A stretch of 63,169 nt of DNA, filler included, from Circinaria calcarea (Eukaryota), in NCBI GenBank assembly GCA_051942165.1. It is 16 parts of 16 records of this genome, joined end to end, with 100 filler letters (N's around TTAATTAATTAA, not from the genome) between each part and the next. Parts side by side here need not be neighbours in the genome. Positions count along the whole stretch, not along the records: positions 1 to 3,867 come from JAVECS010002581.1; positions 3,968 to 7,831 come from JAVECS010002582.1; positions 7,932 to 11,795 come from JAVECS010002583.1; 13 more parts are not named here. One strand, given 5' to 3'. Positions 1 to 11,795 of this stretch are shown here, piece by piece (positions within the stretch are counted from its first letter, which is position 1; every line of letters starts with the position of its first letter). The translations under genes were made by a program, and so were the position numbers. Below the pieces are notes generated by a model. It searched no databases. It was not told the origin of the DNA and saw only the letters and a program-made list of their open reading frames with translations.

Positions 1-1876
1 AAGGGTCAATATAGTATGCCGAGGGCGGATGAGCTTGCGATATTGATCCCACGCCAGTCTTTACCGCCGTATCTGTCTCTTGACCAAAGGTACGAGGACA
101 CGTCATGGCCGAGTAGTGATCCATTTGGTCATGCGGCATTCCATCGTCCCAGTGGAAATCTCCGATTCTTCTCCCGTTCGAATCTTGTCCGTGGGCGCTT
201 CCGTCGTAGATCTGATATAAGTCCTGCGTGGAATATGATCCGTATAGCCCGTTGCTTGGGACTCCTGGACCTTGTTGTCCACTCCAATTCGACATAGTTG
301 ATGATGCGTTTGAGGAAGTGGCTCCATTACAGATGGAAGGGAACATGGAAAGTGAGACACAGCCCCCTTCATGGACCATTGTGCTATTGGGAAAGTGGCG
401 ACTTTGAGTAGCTGATGATATTTTTGATGGCATGTTTCTGCAGTCTTGAAGGTCATCAACTGAGATGCTCCCTTGAGAACGAAGGGGATAACGGGTGGCG
501 TTTTGTGAAAGCATTACTGCCTTCTCCGATTAGATGGATAATGAAGCAGACAACTTTGGCGTAATACAAGATTGGACGCTGTCTCGTCCAGTGACTGCTA
601 TGCCAGTAGACAGTGATGTGTCGAAGGATCTCTCGGAATACATGATGTGAGACATCAATACTGATGAGCGTAGTGCCCCCGTGGAATGGAGCACCGGTCT
701 GACAGATCCACCCGTTTCCGTCATGCACTCTGCCATTGCAGGTGTCCAGGCACGTATGCAGAATGCTGGTCTGCCCTGACAGTTATCGCAGCAAACAATA
801 CCTCAAGATTGAAGTGCGGAAACCTTGCCCTGAGATGCTGGCTTCTTCACGGGTAGGGTAGCACGCTAGTGATTGCATATGGTCATGCATAAGCTGCGGG
901 TATCCATCTGCTAGCAAACGAGTGGATGGGTACGTGAATGTCCTTTTGCCCTATGCCCACGCATGGTGACAGGTTGGTCATTTTAACTGCTGATCGGTTC
1001 CGGTGGCTAAAGTTGATCATCTTCATCATCGGGCAACGGCAACTAACATTAGTCAGATGGTTTTCATTGGAGAACCATAAGGGTGGCTGCATGAATAGCT
1101 CACTTGCAAGCCCAACGAGTTGCCGAGACGCCTCCTCTATTCGTGGTATTCTTCTAGAAGGATGCGGTGGAAGGTGAGGTCACCAATGAACATTAACGTA
1201 TTCCGGAAAACTTCTGGCAAAGTTCGGGTCGGGTATCCCGCAACGTGTTCATGACACGACTCCGGACCATCCTTCAGCGATGAAGCAGCCTCTCAGGCAG
1301 ATCTGTGTGGCAAATATTGTAGTTGCTGGACGTCAAGTGACTTAATAGGCAACACTAAAATCCGATAGGATAACATAATTGAAGAAATTTCGGGCGGCAC
1401 TTCTAAAGCTTATATTTTGAACGGCCTAAGGCTAAACACAACCGAGAGATTATATAAGGTTGCTGTGTCACACAGCCACTGACTGTTGGCAGCCCAATCC
1501 GAGTGAAATGTATCGACAAAAGGAAGGGGACCGAGGAAGCCGGGATGCGAACTTTGCAATGGCTAAGGATAAAGCTAAGAGCATCTTCTCTTCGAGCATA
1601 CAGTGACTGATTAAGCTACTGTGTTTCCAACCATGATCACCCCGAAGATATGGGAAATATCTGGTACGTGCTAGAAGCGTGATAGAGGCGAATAGATTGG
1701 CTAACTTTGAAGCACTCGTCGTGATCTGTATGGACTTGGTATTGTACAAGCAAAGGTCGATGCTAGGGCAAGGAGGACGGTATATTAGAGAGGCTTTGTT
1801 GTTCCAAGTTAATTCCCACGGTTGTTTGATATTGCGAATTCCATGTATCAAAATCAACGACGACCACCGTCTCTAC

Positions 1877-3867
1877 CTACTTTCGATAGTACACCTGATC
1901 GATGTAAGCATTAGTCTGTCCATATCTGGAGCTAAAGTTTTTGTCATTTACCTTTTTGAACTGGAAATGGAGCTGTAAAATTCCCTGTGTAAATTGTGGT
2001 TAGCAGCCTATCTTAGACGGATTTGAGTGAGGCTCTCGAGACGCTTTATAAAGGTACGACAAAAAGTGACAAGGCCACTAGCGTTAACTGCATGGCAGCG
2101 GAATAAATCCGGCCCGAGGATCCATGTAATTTAGCTCTTGCTTGACTTTTTAGCGATTAAATAGGGGAATGAATTTCAACTTCACGAGGCTCAAAGGATA
2201 CATTTGGCGGTATATAGACAAAGAGGGAGTTGAAAGTTTGCGGCTTACCTTATCGAAGCTACTTCGAAATCCCCGTTCCCTCTTGGCACTGTAATCCCAT
2301 TCCTTGTCCACGATCCGAAAGGCTAGGTCCTCATACGGTGGTCCACTGATGAATCGAATCAGGCACGTGTCTTCTTCTCCAGCCGGTGCGAAAGACTGCC
2401 CTCGCTTCCGACCGTTCTCGCGTTCTATTCGATACGTTGGGGCCTTGGTCTTGTCAATCAGATCAGGATAGAAAATATTGAACTTGTAACCCTGAACGAC
2501 CTTTGGCGGAGGGTTGTCATGATCGTAATGAGTTTGATTATACTTGTTCCACTCGTACCCCATCTGAACTCTGTTGAAGTATCGAGGCTTTCGAGGACGG
2601 TGCTTGCTTGCCCACTGAGGCTTTAACGTCGCAATCTCTTCTTCCCCAGCAAAGATTTCTTCGTCTTCCTGGACACCTCGTGCCACCTCTCGTTCGTAAA
2701 GCGCCTTCGTTGCTTGAGAGAAGTCCTCGTTTGCTATGTCTGCAAAGCGTGAAGAGATCTGAGATGATATTCCAGGAGCCTTAGTGATAGGGGCTAATAG
2801 TGGCTTATCTGAATGACGATGTCGCATAGGTACGTAACCCATCTTAGCCACTCTTAGGCGATCAGAAACCTAGAATTGTTTGTCAGTCTGCTGTCATTGC
2901 TGTGAAGTCCGAGCTGTAAGGCTCACAATCTTGTTCATAAAGTCAGACTCTTCCACGACGTCGACTCCCTTGTCCTCTACGCTAATTTTGAGCTGTGGTT
3001 CAGGATCTAGATGCATCGAATAGGGTACATTTGGCGCAACTGTTGCTTTCAAGATACTTTGATCTTCTCGGTCAAGGCCAATAGTGTGGGTCGCATCGTC
3101 CGCGTGACTGGCTAGAAGCGCAAGTTTCTCCTTGACCAATTCTGCTTCTGCTCTTTGCTCTTCCTTGAGTTTCTGTAAGCGGCTATCGACTACGGCCTTG
3201 TACACACTCTTCAGCTCCGCCTTTGCTTTATAGACTGATATGCTGCGTAGTAACTGCTCCCAATATTCGACGTCGATTGGGTCGTTTGACTGCAGCTTCT
3301 TGGTTATCTGAGCCTCAAGAGCCTTCAGCTGCTCTAAACTTTTCGGCCCAAGTAAGCAGTCGATGTCTGCTGAGACTGGATTGATATTTCGGCCTGGTAG
3401 ACTAGGAAATGTGAATCGAGTTCGACGGTCTACGCAGATAACCATCATCGCCTACGGCATATCAGCATAATCTTATAATATTGTGCGTTGTATCTTACAT
3501 CCCAAAAGGCGCGGTTACTCGTGTTCGTTTCTAGCACCATATACGTAGCAATGTCCTTTTCTAAATCTTGTAGCTGAGCATGATCCAGCTCCTCGATCAC
3601 TCCCTCCGGATCGACGACATCAAGTTCGGAGTCCAATGTGTCATCCTCAAGAAGATCCTTGGTCGGGTCAATGATGCTAAGAATCACAGCGAGCCAATCT
3701 ATAGGCTTCGCCCTTCCCTCCTTGACCCGGATCTGAGCCTTTTTCTTGGACTGCTTGAGTACAAACTCATCTTCTCGTGAAACCCACTCCCGCATTTGCT
3801 CTGCTTCTTGGATTTGATTCAACTTGGTCTGCTCTCTGGCGAAGCTCTCCTGTTTTCTCTTATCCTG
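1877..3867 (-). CDS. cactin: Cactin (spliceosome-associated protein), 5'-truncated, multi-exon
   Basis: Contains the CactinC motifs KPRYFNRVQMGYEWNKYNQTHYDHDNPPPKVVQGYKFNIFYPDLIDK and GPPYEDLAFRIVDKEWDYS, and the mid-domain FVLKQSKKKAQIRVKEGRAKPIDWL. Two terminal micro-exons were read by hand: 1952-1984 (GILQLHFQFKK) and 1877-1894 (VYYRK*), both with GT-AG introns. Confidence 0.95.
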
Positions 3868-3967
3868 NNNNNNNNNNNNNNNNNNNNNNNNNNNNNNNNN
3901 NNNNNNNNNNNTTAATTAATTAANNNNNNNNNNNNNNNNNNNNNNNNNNNNNNNNNNNNNNNNNNNN
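3868..3967. other. Artificial contig spacer (N44-TTAATTAATTAA-N44), first of 15
   Basis: The same 100-nt spacer, with stops in all six frames, recurs at 7832, 11796, 15758, 19719, 23678, 27636, 31594, 35550, 39503, 43455, 47405, 51353, 55295 and 59233. Segment lengths decrease steadily from 3867 to 3837. Confidence 0.99.
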
Positions 3968-4157
3968 TTGAAGGGTGTTTAGAGGGGGGGGGTTTTAATG
4001 GAGGAGGCGGAGTTAAGATAAGAGCTTAATTGGATATAGATGGAGTCAATATATTGCTAGATAGCTATTGTTTTATGTGCTCATAGATTGTATTGCAAAG
4101 ATGCATCAAGGACAGACGTTGCATTGCCCCGATTCGGGACCGGTCCTCTCTCCGCCT

Positions 4158-4688
4158 TCATGCCGGGTAAGCATTGCTTGACCCCAAATATTCTTCTTCG
4201 CCATAAAGCTCATAGCCCTCAAAGCCATCAAGATCTCCTTTCCCCTCGTTCTGAGCGTGGTACCCTTCTCTCATAGCTCCCATTGAGAGTGAATCCTCAT
4301 ACTCTGCCCAAAGCCTCTCCATTGACACCATCCCATCGTAATTGAGAGCCATGCCGATCAGAAAGTGGTCAGGAACTTCATCGACGCCGAGACTCTGCAA
4401 GGTGAGACGAAGATTCTGGACCTGTTCATCAAAACGCCTTTGCTCTTCGTCGAGATCAATAATGGAGCCGAATTCCCTCTCCTGCTGCTGATTATGCTGG
4501 TCAAGATTATGGGTGGTAAAGGGAGTCGTAGAGGCTGGGATGGTTATTGCAGCAGCCGCTCTTGCCAAGGGATAGTGCTCGGAATGATCCATCAAGCTGT
4601 CAACGGTAATCAGAGTCTGATGAGAGGAATGTTCGGAGCTCTTGACGCTTGAGCGGTCATTGTGGCTATCGGGTGCGGTGATTAGCAT
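4158..4688 (-). CDS. Hypothetical acidic protein (start may be the internal MDHSEH)
   Basis: 176-aa ORF with protein-like composition; no family recognised. Confidence 0.4.
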   Translation of the reverse strand: MLITAPDSHNDRSSVKSSEHSSHQTLITVDSLMDHSEHYPLARAAAAITIPASTTPFTTHNLDQHNQQQEREFGSIIDLDEEQRRFDEQVQNLRLTLQSLGVDEVPDHFLIGMALNYDGMVSMERLWAEYEDSLSMGAMREGYHAQNEGKGDLDGFEGYELYGEEEYLGSSNAYPA

Positions 4689-6068
4689 TATGTAGTGGTA
4701 CCTATCTTCGAGTTTGACTATGTGGGTTGACTCCGGAAGCTGATGTAGCCCACGGTATGGAGGGCATTGTAGTACAGTTCTGGTCAGGGACTCTCAGTTC
4801 AAGGACTCGGCTTACATTTCTGGTCCTTGCACGTTACTCGGGTTTCCATCAGCCGGGCTACCACCCGTACAATTCATGGTGGCGAAAGGCATTTCCGAAG
4901 GCTCTGCAAGTGGATTGGGTTATGTTGGGGAGGTATAGGGGCGTGTGTGGGCGGTACTGAGCGCTCTCCCATCCTGGCACATGCTGGGAGGGGGGTAGCG
5001 TGTACTTAGTCTCATAAGTACGCCCACTGCAAGTACCTCTCAGACTATCACAGGGTTGTGTTAAGAAGTAGTATATGGACACAAATGACAGAACGGACGG
5101 CCCAACAACGTACTGTGATTCGGTTGTTGGTGGGATAAATTTTAAGGAAGTAGAATGAACGCGATAGTTGAATTAAAAATACATTGGAGGTTCAACTCAT
5201 CTTGAGAGCAATTGCTCCATTTGATCGAGGACAAGTTCAAAGCAGCCTCTGGCTTTGATCAATGACCAGATGACTTCAGAGTCAAGGGATGATGAAAAGC
5301 ACAGAAGCCAAGTCAGACTGCCGATAGGCAAGACCGACCAGTCTAAAAGGGAGTGTGCAGATCATGATCAGTAGTAACCGTTACTTTCCAAAACAGATGA
5401 ATGGAGATGTGATCGAGTCAGCGTAGAATCATTTCCGAATCTTCTCGAGAGCATAAAGAAGAAAAAGAAGAGAAGACGGCACCCTCTTACCATACGGGCG
5501 TTGCGGCAATCTGCAATAAGCTGGTGGTCCCAAGAATTCCTAGCACAGTCCCTTAGGCCTCTCCTGATTGGACCGAGGGAATTTGTAGAGACATGCAACA
5601 CGCCCCGGGGCTCCTGCCACGACGCAGCTGCCCGACCTTGTTTACGGAAGAGGAGCTTGCGCATGCATGTCGATCTCAGCATGCAGGTCTGAACGACGCA
5701 TACCAGTAAATTATGTAGAACATCCGCCAAATTTATTTCCCGATGAAGGAGTATCTCCGCTTGCCATCCAATCTGGGATTCATCCCCGGGGCACTGTGCT
5801 CCGCAGTGTGGCAGTGTCCATTGGGCTGACTCTCCAAGCTGGCCTGTTAGCTTCCTCGGCACTACAACCTTGACTTGGCATATGCACAAGGCTCAAGGGA
5901 CGGTAACTAGTATCTTAGACACTACCTTAGGCTTTCCGATGCATCGACACCGACCTATGGCTGTAGATACTGTCCACACCGTTGCAAGGGTCCGGCTTCC
6001 TGCGACACTGCGGACTAAACCCGAGTATTTGATTCGTCAGTTTACTGAGGATGACCGGTCAACTGCTA

Positions 6069-6211
6069 TCCCTTAAGTTGTTGCTTAGGCATCCCGTCAC
6101 GTGCATTCTTTGGAGACAAGGTTAGGATTGGCCAGCTAGGCTGACACGGATCAGAAACTGGTCCGTTCAAAAAATGCACGTGACGGGATGCCTAAGCAGC
6201 AACTTAAGGGA
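6069..6211. mobile_element. 143-bp MITE-like element with 44-bp terminal inverted repeats and TA flanks
   Basis: Left end TCCCTTAAGTTGTTGCTTAGGCATCCCGTCACGTGCATTCTTTG matches the reverse complement of the right end with 2 C/T mismatches. TA lies at 6067-6068 and 6212-6213. Confidence 0.8.
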
Positions 6212-7602
6212 TAACAAAACTAAACCATGCCTCTCACTCGTAGAAAAGCCTACTCCGTAACAGGGGCTCCGAGAGATACTTCTGAGATACATTTGAGATA
6301 CGTTTAGTCCGATCCCTCTTCTTCCCTCGAATTGTGTATGATTTTCGACGAGTAGGCACTCGGAGTAGAGGTGGATCGATAGCCGCGCTAATAGCTATTA
6401 TCAATTGCAGACCATGTACGGAGTAGAAATTCGGGCCAATCGAAAACCGCTCATACTGCGCCCACGAGCTGCATACACCTCGTACTACCCTGAAAATACC
6501 TCAACACCTTGCATCATCTGCCCTAAAAACCGCATTGATAGAACGACTGTTTGCTTATGGCCTTAGTACTACTACAAGTCTTGTCCTTAATTAGGTCATT
6601 TTTTCCAGGATGAATAGAGTGTTCCATTTCTATTAGGGAGCTTATTTAGGGCCTTTCCTTCCCGGAAAGGAAAACGCCCTATAGTACACCGTATTTCCCG
6701 ACTTAACATTAGCCAAGGTGAAGTACGGATTAGCTCCATGATTGGCATTTTCCTTCAGTTCCGATGAGATCTCATTGCGAGCGGTCGGGACTGTCCAATG
6801 TACGGGTTCAAAACTACAGTCTGTTCAGGCTGTCAAACTGAGTCCGACAGGCCAGACCCAGCGGACTGTGTTATCTGCACTGGACCGAAAGGAGTGGGAT
6901 TAGGATAGGGATAGGGAAATAGGTAGCCGGGAGGGAAATAACAAACAACCGACCGAGATATACGGCCATCATCACGCTTTCAACATCGGTCTGAGGTATG
7001 GTTTAGATGGAGCACATTACATGTATTCTCTATCGTTTGTCGTGGCCAACAAGTATCAGACATGTAATCATTTTACAACACATATGAATCACTGAACTTG
7101 AAAAATCGTTGTTGCAACCTATGAATACAAAAAGTAGCAGTGTCTCATCGTCACTGGCGTTTTCTTGGCCGTCCTTCCACCAAGACACCCCCATGCCCTT
7201 GGTAAACAACTTCAGATTCCACAGTAGATCTAGAGATGAAAGATCATCAAGTGTAGATCAGACGTGTCGCCTGCACCTCTATCTTCTTGTCTTTCCATGT
7301 CTGCCGAACTTTTCCGTTCATCTCAAAACACGCGCATTATCGCCGGACAGATAGAGAGCCAGCGTGGAGCCCCTATCCAAAAGTACCCGTGAGGGGACAG
7401 CGAACATGGAAGCAATGCAGCATGGTTTCCTCTCTATGCCGACTTGTGGCATTGTGAAAACCCCCGAATGTCGCCGACGCCAGAGTATGAGCAAGGCCGA
7501 AAGACTTTCGGCATGGAGAGGAGAACGAGGACTGATCCGGTGAAAACAACCGTAAATGCTTGTACGAAGAGTGCGTTGTGTTGGTATTAGTACAGGCCGG
7601 AC

Positions 7603-7830
7603 TTAAGAAGCAATAGCACGGGCAGCTTGGTGACCACCTCTTCGGCTGTTCCGGGGCTTCGAGACGGTGCTCCAGCCATCGTCTTCGAGGGTATCGGCGC
7701 TAGCATCGGGGGAAGCGTCATGTTGTTGAGACTCCACGCCGTTTGCTTTCTTCGATGGGATGTCGCGAACAATCTCCTGGGGTTTGATGGCTTTGTCCTC
7801 AGCGATGACTCCATCCGCTTCCTCCAGTTC
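7603..7830 (-). CDS. TIF3: C-terminus of a probable translation initiation factor eIF4B (5'-truncated; this frame is not in the ORF track)
   Basis: Hand translation: ELEEADGVIAEDKAIKPQEIVRDIP...LEDDGWSTVSKPRNSRRGGHQAARAIAS*. The DGWSTV plus basic tail matches my recollection of filamentous-fungal eIF4B C-termini. Confidence 0.65.
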   Translation of the reverse strand, partial: ELEEADGVIAEDKAIKPQEIVRDIPSKKANGVESQQHDASPDASADTLEDDGWSTVSKPRNSRRGGHQAARAIAS

Positions 7831-7931
7831 ANNNNNNNNNNNNNNNNNNNNNNNNNNNNNNNNNNNNNNNNNNNNTTAATTAATTAANNNNNNNNNNNNN
7901 NNNNNNNNNNNNNNNNNNNNNNNNNNNNNNN

Positions 7932-9232
7932 CATCGGGTTCCACTTCAGGGCATCAGCTGGTGCTCGCCATTATACTCGCCCTTTTGCTGTCTATGGAGC
8001 AAGACGTAAATATCCTGGATGACGGAGGGAACACTGCGCTTCATGTTTCTATAGCTTCCCAAGCTCTGCTCGAGAACCCGACGTTTGATGTCTGCGAACA
8101 ATTACTAGCGGCAGGTGCAGATCCGCAAACTAAAAACAACGATGGCGATCTGCCGATTTTCCTGGCATTGCGTTTGCTGAACTTAAAACTCTTTTCCCGA
8201 TTGCTACCAATTCTGTTACGCAATGGAGCGGACATCAATGCCCGAGGCCCTCTGTCGCTATCGGCATTACATTTCGCTGCACTTTACGGCGACGCTGACC
8301 TTGTTCAGAAGTTAATCGAACATGGAGCGTTGCCTAACTTGTCTGGAAACATTGACCATGGTACACCCCTGCATTGCTGTGCAGAATTCTCTCCAGCTAC
8401 GGTCGGAGACGAACCTCGCACTAGGGGGATTATATTTAGACCGAAGGCCTTATCTATAGCAGAGAAAAAGGAAGCTGCAGCACGATATCTGATTGATGCA
8501 GGCGCTGACGTTTTTGCAAAATTCTCAAGCTCCGATGGACTTATACTCGAGGCGACACCCCTTGACATAGCATTGAAGGTAGGAGTCGCCACGGTTGCCA
8601 CTATACTGGCTGAGGAACACCGTACAAGATTAGGTGACAGGCTGGGAGCTTTACATTTTGAGATGTTGCAGCGAGTCTTCGATTACGCCGTAAGGCATCA
8701 GCATATCCAAATTATTTACCAGTTCTTGCTCTCTAAGATACCGGTAGACAAGTCGTCACTGTGTGACTTCGGTCATGCAATAAAGATTCGGGCTTACGCT
8801 GTATATTATAGCAAAGATGAGATTCCGCAATGCTACAAGGAAACGCAGTCTAAAATGGTATTTTTAGACCGGTTGCCGCAACATACATCGCACCTCAAGC
8901 ACATAACGAATCTTCCCTCACTGTGGGCTATCATTGGAACATCCAGTTCAAGGGTACTCGGAGCCAAGTTGTATCTTCGAATACATTCAGGTGGGGCAGA
9001 GGAAATCATCACTATTGGTTTAAATCTAGAACGAATTGTCTCGAGTGAACATCTTCCTCTTTATTGGGGTGACGATCCATGTCTAATAGAGTTATCATGG
9101 CAATACAGATCGAACGGTTATATTTGGAAGGATGGTACGGCTCTGGTAGAGCGGGGATACCTTATCATAAATATGGAATGGCTTCCTGAATTTGTTATAC
9201 CCGTACTGTTCCCTATTTCTATTCCTGAATAA
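7932..9232 (+). CDS. Ankyrin-repeat protein, 5'-truncated
   Basis: Ankyrin motifs GNTALH, LSALHFAALYGDADLVQKLIEHGA, GTPLHCCA and TPLDIA; the frame is open to the contig edge. Confidence 0.88.
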
Positions 9233-9258
9233 ACCCTGGTTGCTCTCACTCTTCGAGG

Positions 9259-9311
9259 TTCCGCCACTCACTTTTTCGCCACTCACTCTTCCGCCACTCA
9301 CTCTTCCGCCA
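9259..9311. repeat. 15-bp minisatellite (TTCCGCCACTCACTC), about 3.5 copies
   Basis: Read directly from the sequence. Confidence 0.8.
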
Positions 9312-9904
9312 ATCCCTCAACATCCGAAGCGATTCCGAACCCGTCTTACCCAACCCTCCGCAAACTCAACCGCCCTTCTCTCCAATCAACCTAACACATC
9401 AACTGGCCTGCCTCCATGGAAGCTCATTCTACACTACAGATCAATAGGATCAGCGGCATGAAGCAAAAGAGTGAATCAGGGACCTTTGTCATATCTTTCC
9501 CAAAAGAAATGCAATTTTTTCCATTCAGGAAGCATGTTCGAACGGTGCTCGGTCTCGCCAGTAAGACTTCAGTGTACTTTACTACGGTTTGAGCACAATC
9601 ACCCCTTGCGGAGGGACATGTTCTCGTACCGGTATACATTCAATGTCCAGGTGGGGATCTTCTATGTCTCGTCACTCATTTGAGGGAGCTAGTAACCCGT
9701 CGAGAGTGTAAGGCGTGCTTGAAGACTTGTCGTGTGCAAATGTGGGCTGTTGAAGTGAGTGAGACGCATCGAGTAGGATTATCCCACCGCACGCCGTGCC
9801 CATCGCCTTGAGTTCTCAAATTGAAATGTCAACAACTCCAAGCTTTCCTCATTTTTCCGATGATATGACTTGTTCTATGATGGGGAGGTCCTCCGGGGGT
9901 TATA

Positions 9905-10729
9905 CAGTACTACGTCAAAAGTGTCGCGGGGTAATTTTACACCAAAACCCATATATTTCATCTAGCTATATAATACCTGTAGTATTTTTCTAAAATTCTA
10001 TAATTTCACAGCAAATCAGCGAATCACAGGCTCCAAGAATCTATCACCTCAGTTTTATAATAAATAATATACGTAAGTGGGTAATGTTATGGCGCACCGC
10101 CATACCCTGGCAGGCTGAGTGCCGGAACGGAGGAACTAGGGAGCCGAGCGTTTTTAGGTGTTTCTAGGACTTGGCAGGGAGCAGTGAAAGCACGTCACGT
10201 GTTATGTTCCCGATGGCTCCCAGGGATCCTAGGGAATAATGGGATCACTGGGGAGCACTGTTATTATATAGGCAGACTATTCGGCGTTCTTTAGAATAGT
10301 ATGCTTATAGAACCATAACGAGTTCAATATACTTCTTTTATATTGAGCCTAGGGCAACAGTTTAACTACACCTTATGTAACCGTGCTATTACTAATCGGG
10401 ACTTATCATATTCCTCAATAGGCTCAAGGATTGCAGCGCCCTTACAGGTAACCAGACTTATATCGAAGATATAGTAAAATCGCTAAATTTTGCCCTGATT
10501 TTGAAGGTTTTCTTTTATTACTCACGGTATTTTAAATAGTGTTAATTCAACAACGAGTACTTTTAATTATGAGAAGCAGAATTCAGCAGTTGATAAAAAT
10601 CTAAAATATATAAAAATCACAGCTCAAATACACAGTTCTGATTATAAGTTATAGATTTTCGAAATAATTCAGTTTTGGACAGTTTTGGTGTAAAACTACC
10701 CCGCGACCGACACTTTTGACATGGTATTG
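9905..10729. mobile_element. Non-autonomous Tc1/mariner-type element (about 458 bp without the nested LTR), AT-rich
   Basis: Left end TA|CAGTACTACGTCAAAAGTGTCGCGGGGTAATTTTACACCAAAAC; right end (reverse complement) TA|CAATACCATGTCAAAAGTGTCGGTCGCGGGGTAGTTTTACACCAAAAC. A CAGT start with TA flanks is typical of Tc1/mariner. Confidence 0.85.
10085..10446. mobile_element. Solo LTR (362 bp) with 5-bp target-site duplication GGTAA
   Basis: Starts TGTTATGGCGC and ends GCGCCCTTACA (TG...CA, imperfect terminal inverted repeat). GGTAA lies at 10080-10084 and 10447-10451. A second copy is at 55169-55294. Confidence 0.88.
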
Positions 10730-11007
10730 TACACTTAGGTTTTGTGTTTTGACAGATTTGGTTCCTAAGTCTCGAGCACACCGGCCTAGAATTCCTTGGG
10801 AGTTGTGCTTTTTAGAGCTGTTGTACATACATTATCCGCACCTCTATGACGACGTATGTACGTGCAACACAATGGAAAACAACGATACCGAGCCCTACCT
10901 AGTCGCAGCTTGACTTCCTCCTCCTCACCCCTACCTCACCTCTATTCTGCTCTTATCTCGCACGAGCATAAGACTCAATATGCCCCTCAACCATCCATCC
11001 AACCCCC

Positions 11008-11795
11008 TCAATGCGTTCCCTCATGCGGCGTAGCCGTCTCATGATGTCCCGCATCGCCCCTATACCCCACCAGCTTCATCCGGCCCAGTATCTCTCCTAC
11101 CGTGAAGAATCCCAATACCTCGGCTGCGATGACTCCTGCTGATGCTAATTGGGCGCGGTTGACGTTTCGTAGGCGGCTGAGGATGTGCTCGGGGTTCAAG
11201 GTGCTGGTTTCTGCTACTTGCTGAGTGAGGGAGGTAGGATGGCGGATGACATTGAGGGCGGGTTGGAGGTAGGATTGGACGGCTTGAAGGTTGCTGGGAG
11301 GGGAGATGGAGGGGTTAGTGGTGAGGATTTTTGGGAGGGGAAGGGAATTGAGGGAGACATACGGAGGTGACATTTTCTGGGATTGGAAGACCATTCTGGA
11401 GAGTTCGAGGAATACTTTGGAGTAGTAGATTGTTGGGGGAATCAATGCTGCAGAGAAAATATCAGTCAATGGATCAGGGTTGCAACGGCGCTTTTAGTTG
11501 CTTGTCCCAGTTTTCCCAATGATACGAAACCGTCTTCTAGATTCATTCGCAGATGGTGCCCAAAGTCGTCTTTCAGACCAATTAAGTGCCACGACACACG
11601 AGACATCCCCAATCGCCTTCCCGGTAGTCGGACTTACATTGGACGAACCCAATCATTCTTCCTGCCCTGCCACCTATTCTACCCAAAGTATTGCTCACTC
11701 CCTGCGCAGCTCCACTCAATGCCGGTCCAGCGGACGATGTCACTCTTGACAACCCCTCTGATGCCTTTGACGTGACAGTCCCTGCCGAGTCCTTA
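11008..11795 (-). CDS. ATP20: Mitochondrial ATP synthase subunit g, 5'-truncated, 2 introns visible
   Basis: Exon 11638-11795 (ASEGLSRVTSSAGPAL...IGGRAGRMIGFVQ), intron 11448-11637, then LIPPTIYYSKV...KMSPP, intron 11294-11362, then AEVLGFFTVGEILGRMKLVGYRG. Confidence 0.95.

Noticed and set aside
16..1857. Short ORFs in the first 1.8 kb, and similarly at 5368-6076, 12427-12978 and 17814-19774
   Set aside because: They show no motifs or supported splice structure and many start at non-ATG codons; treated as random ORFs.
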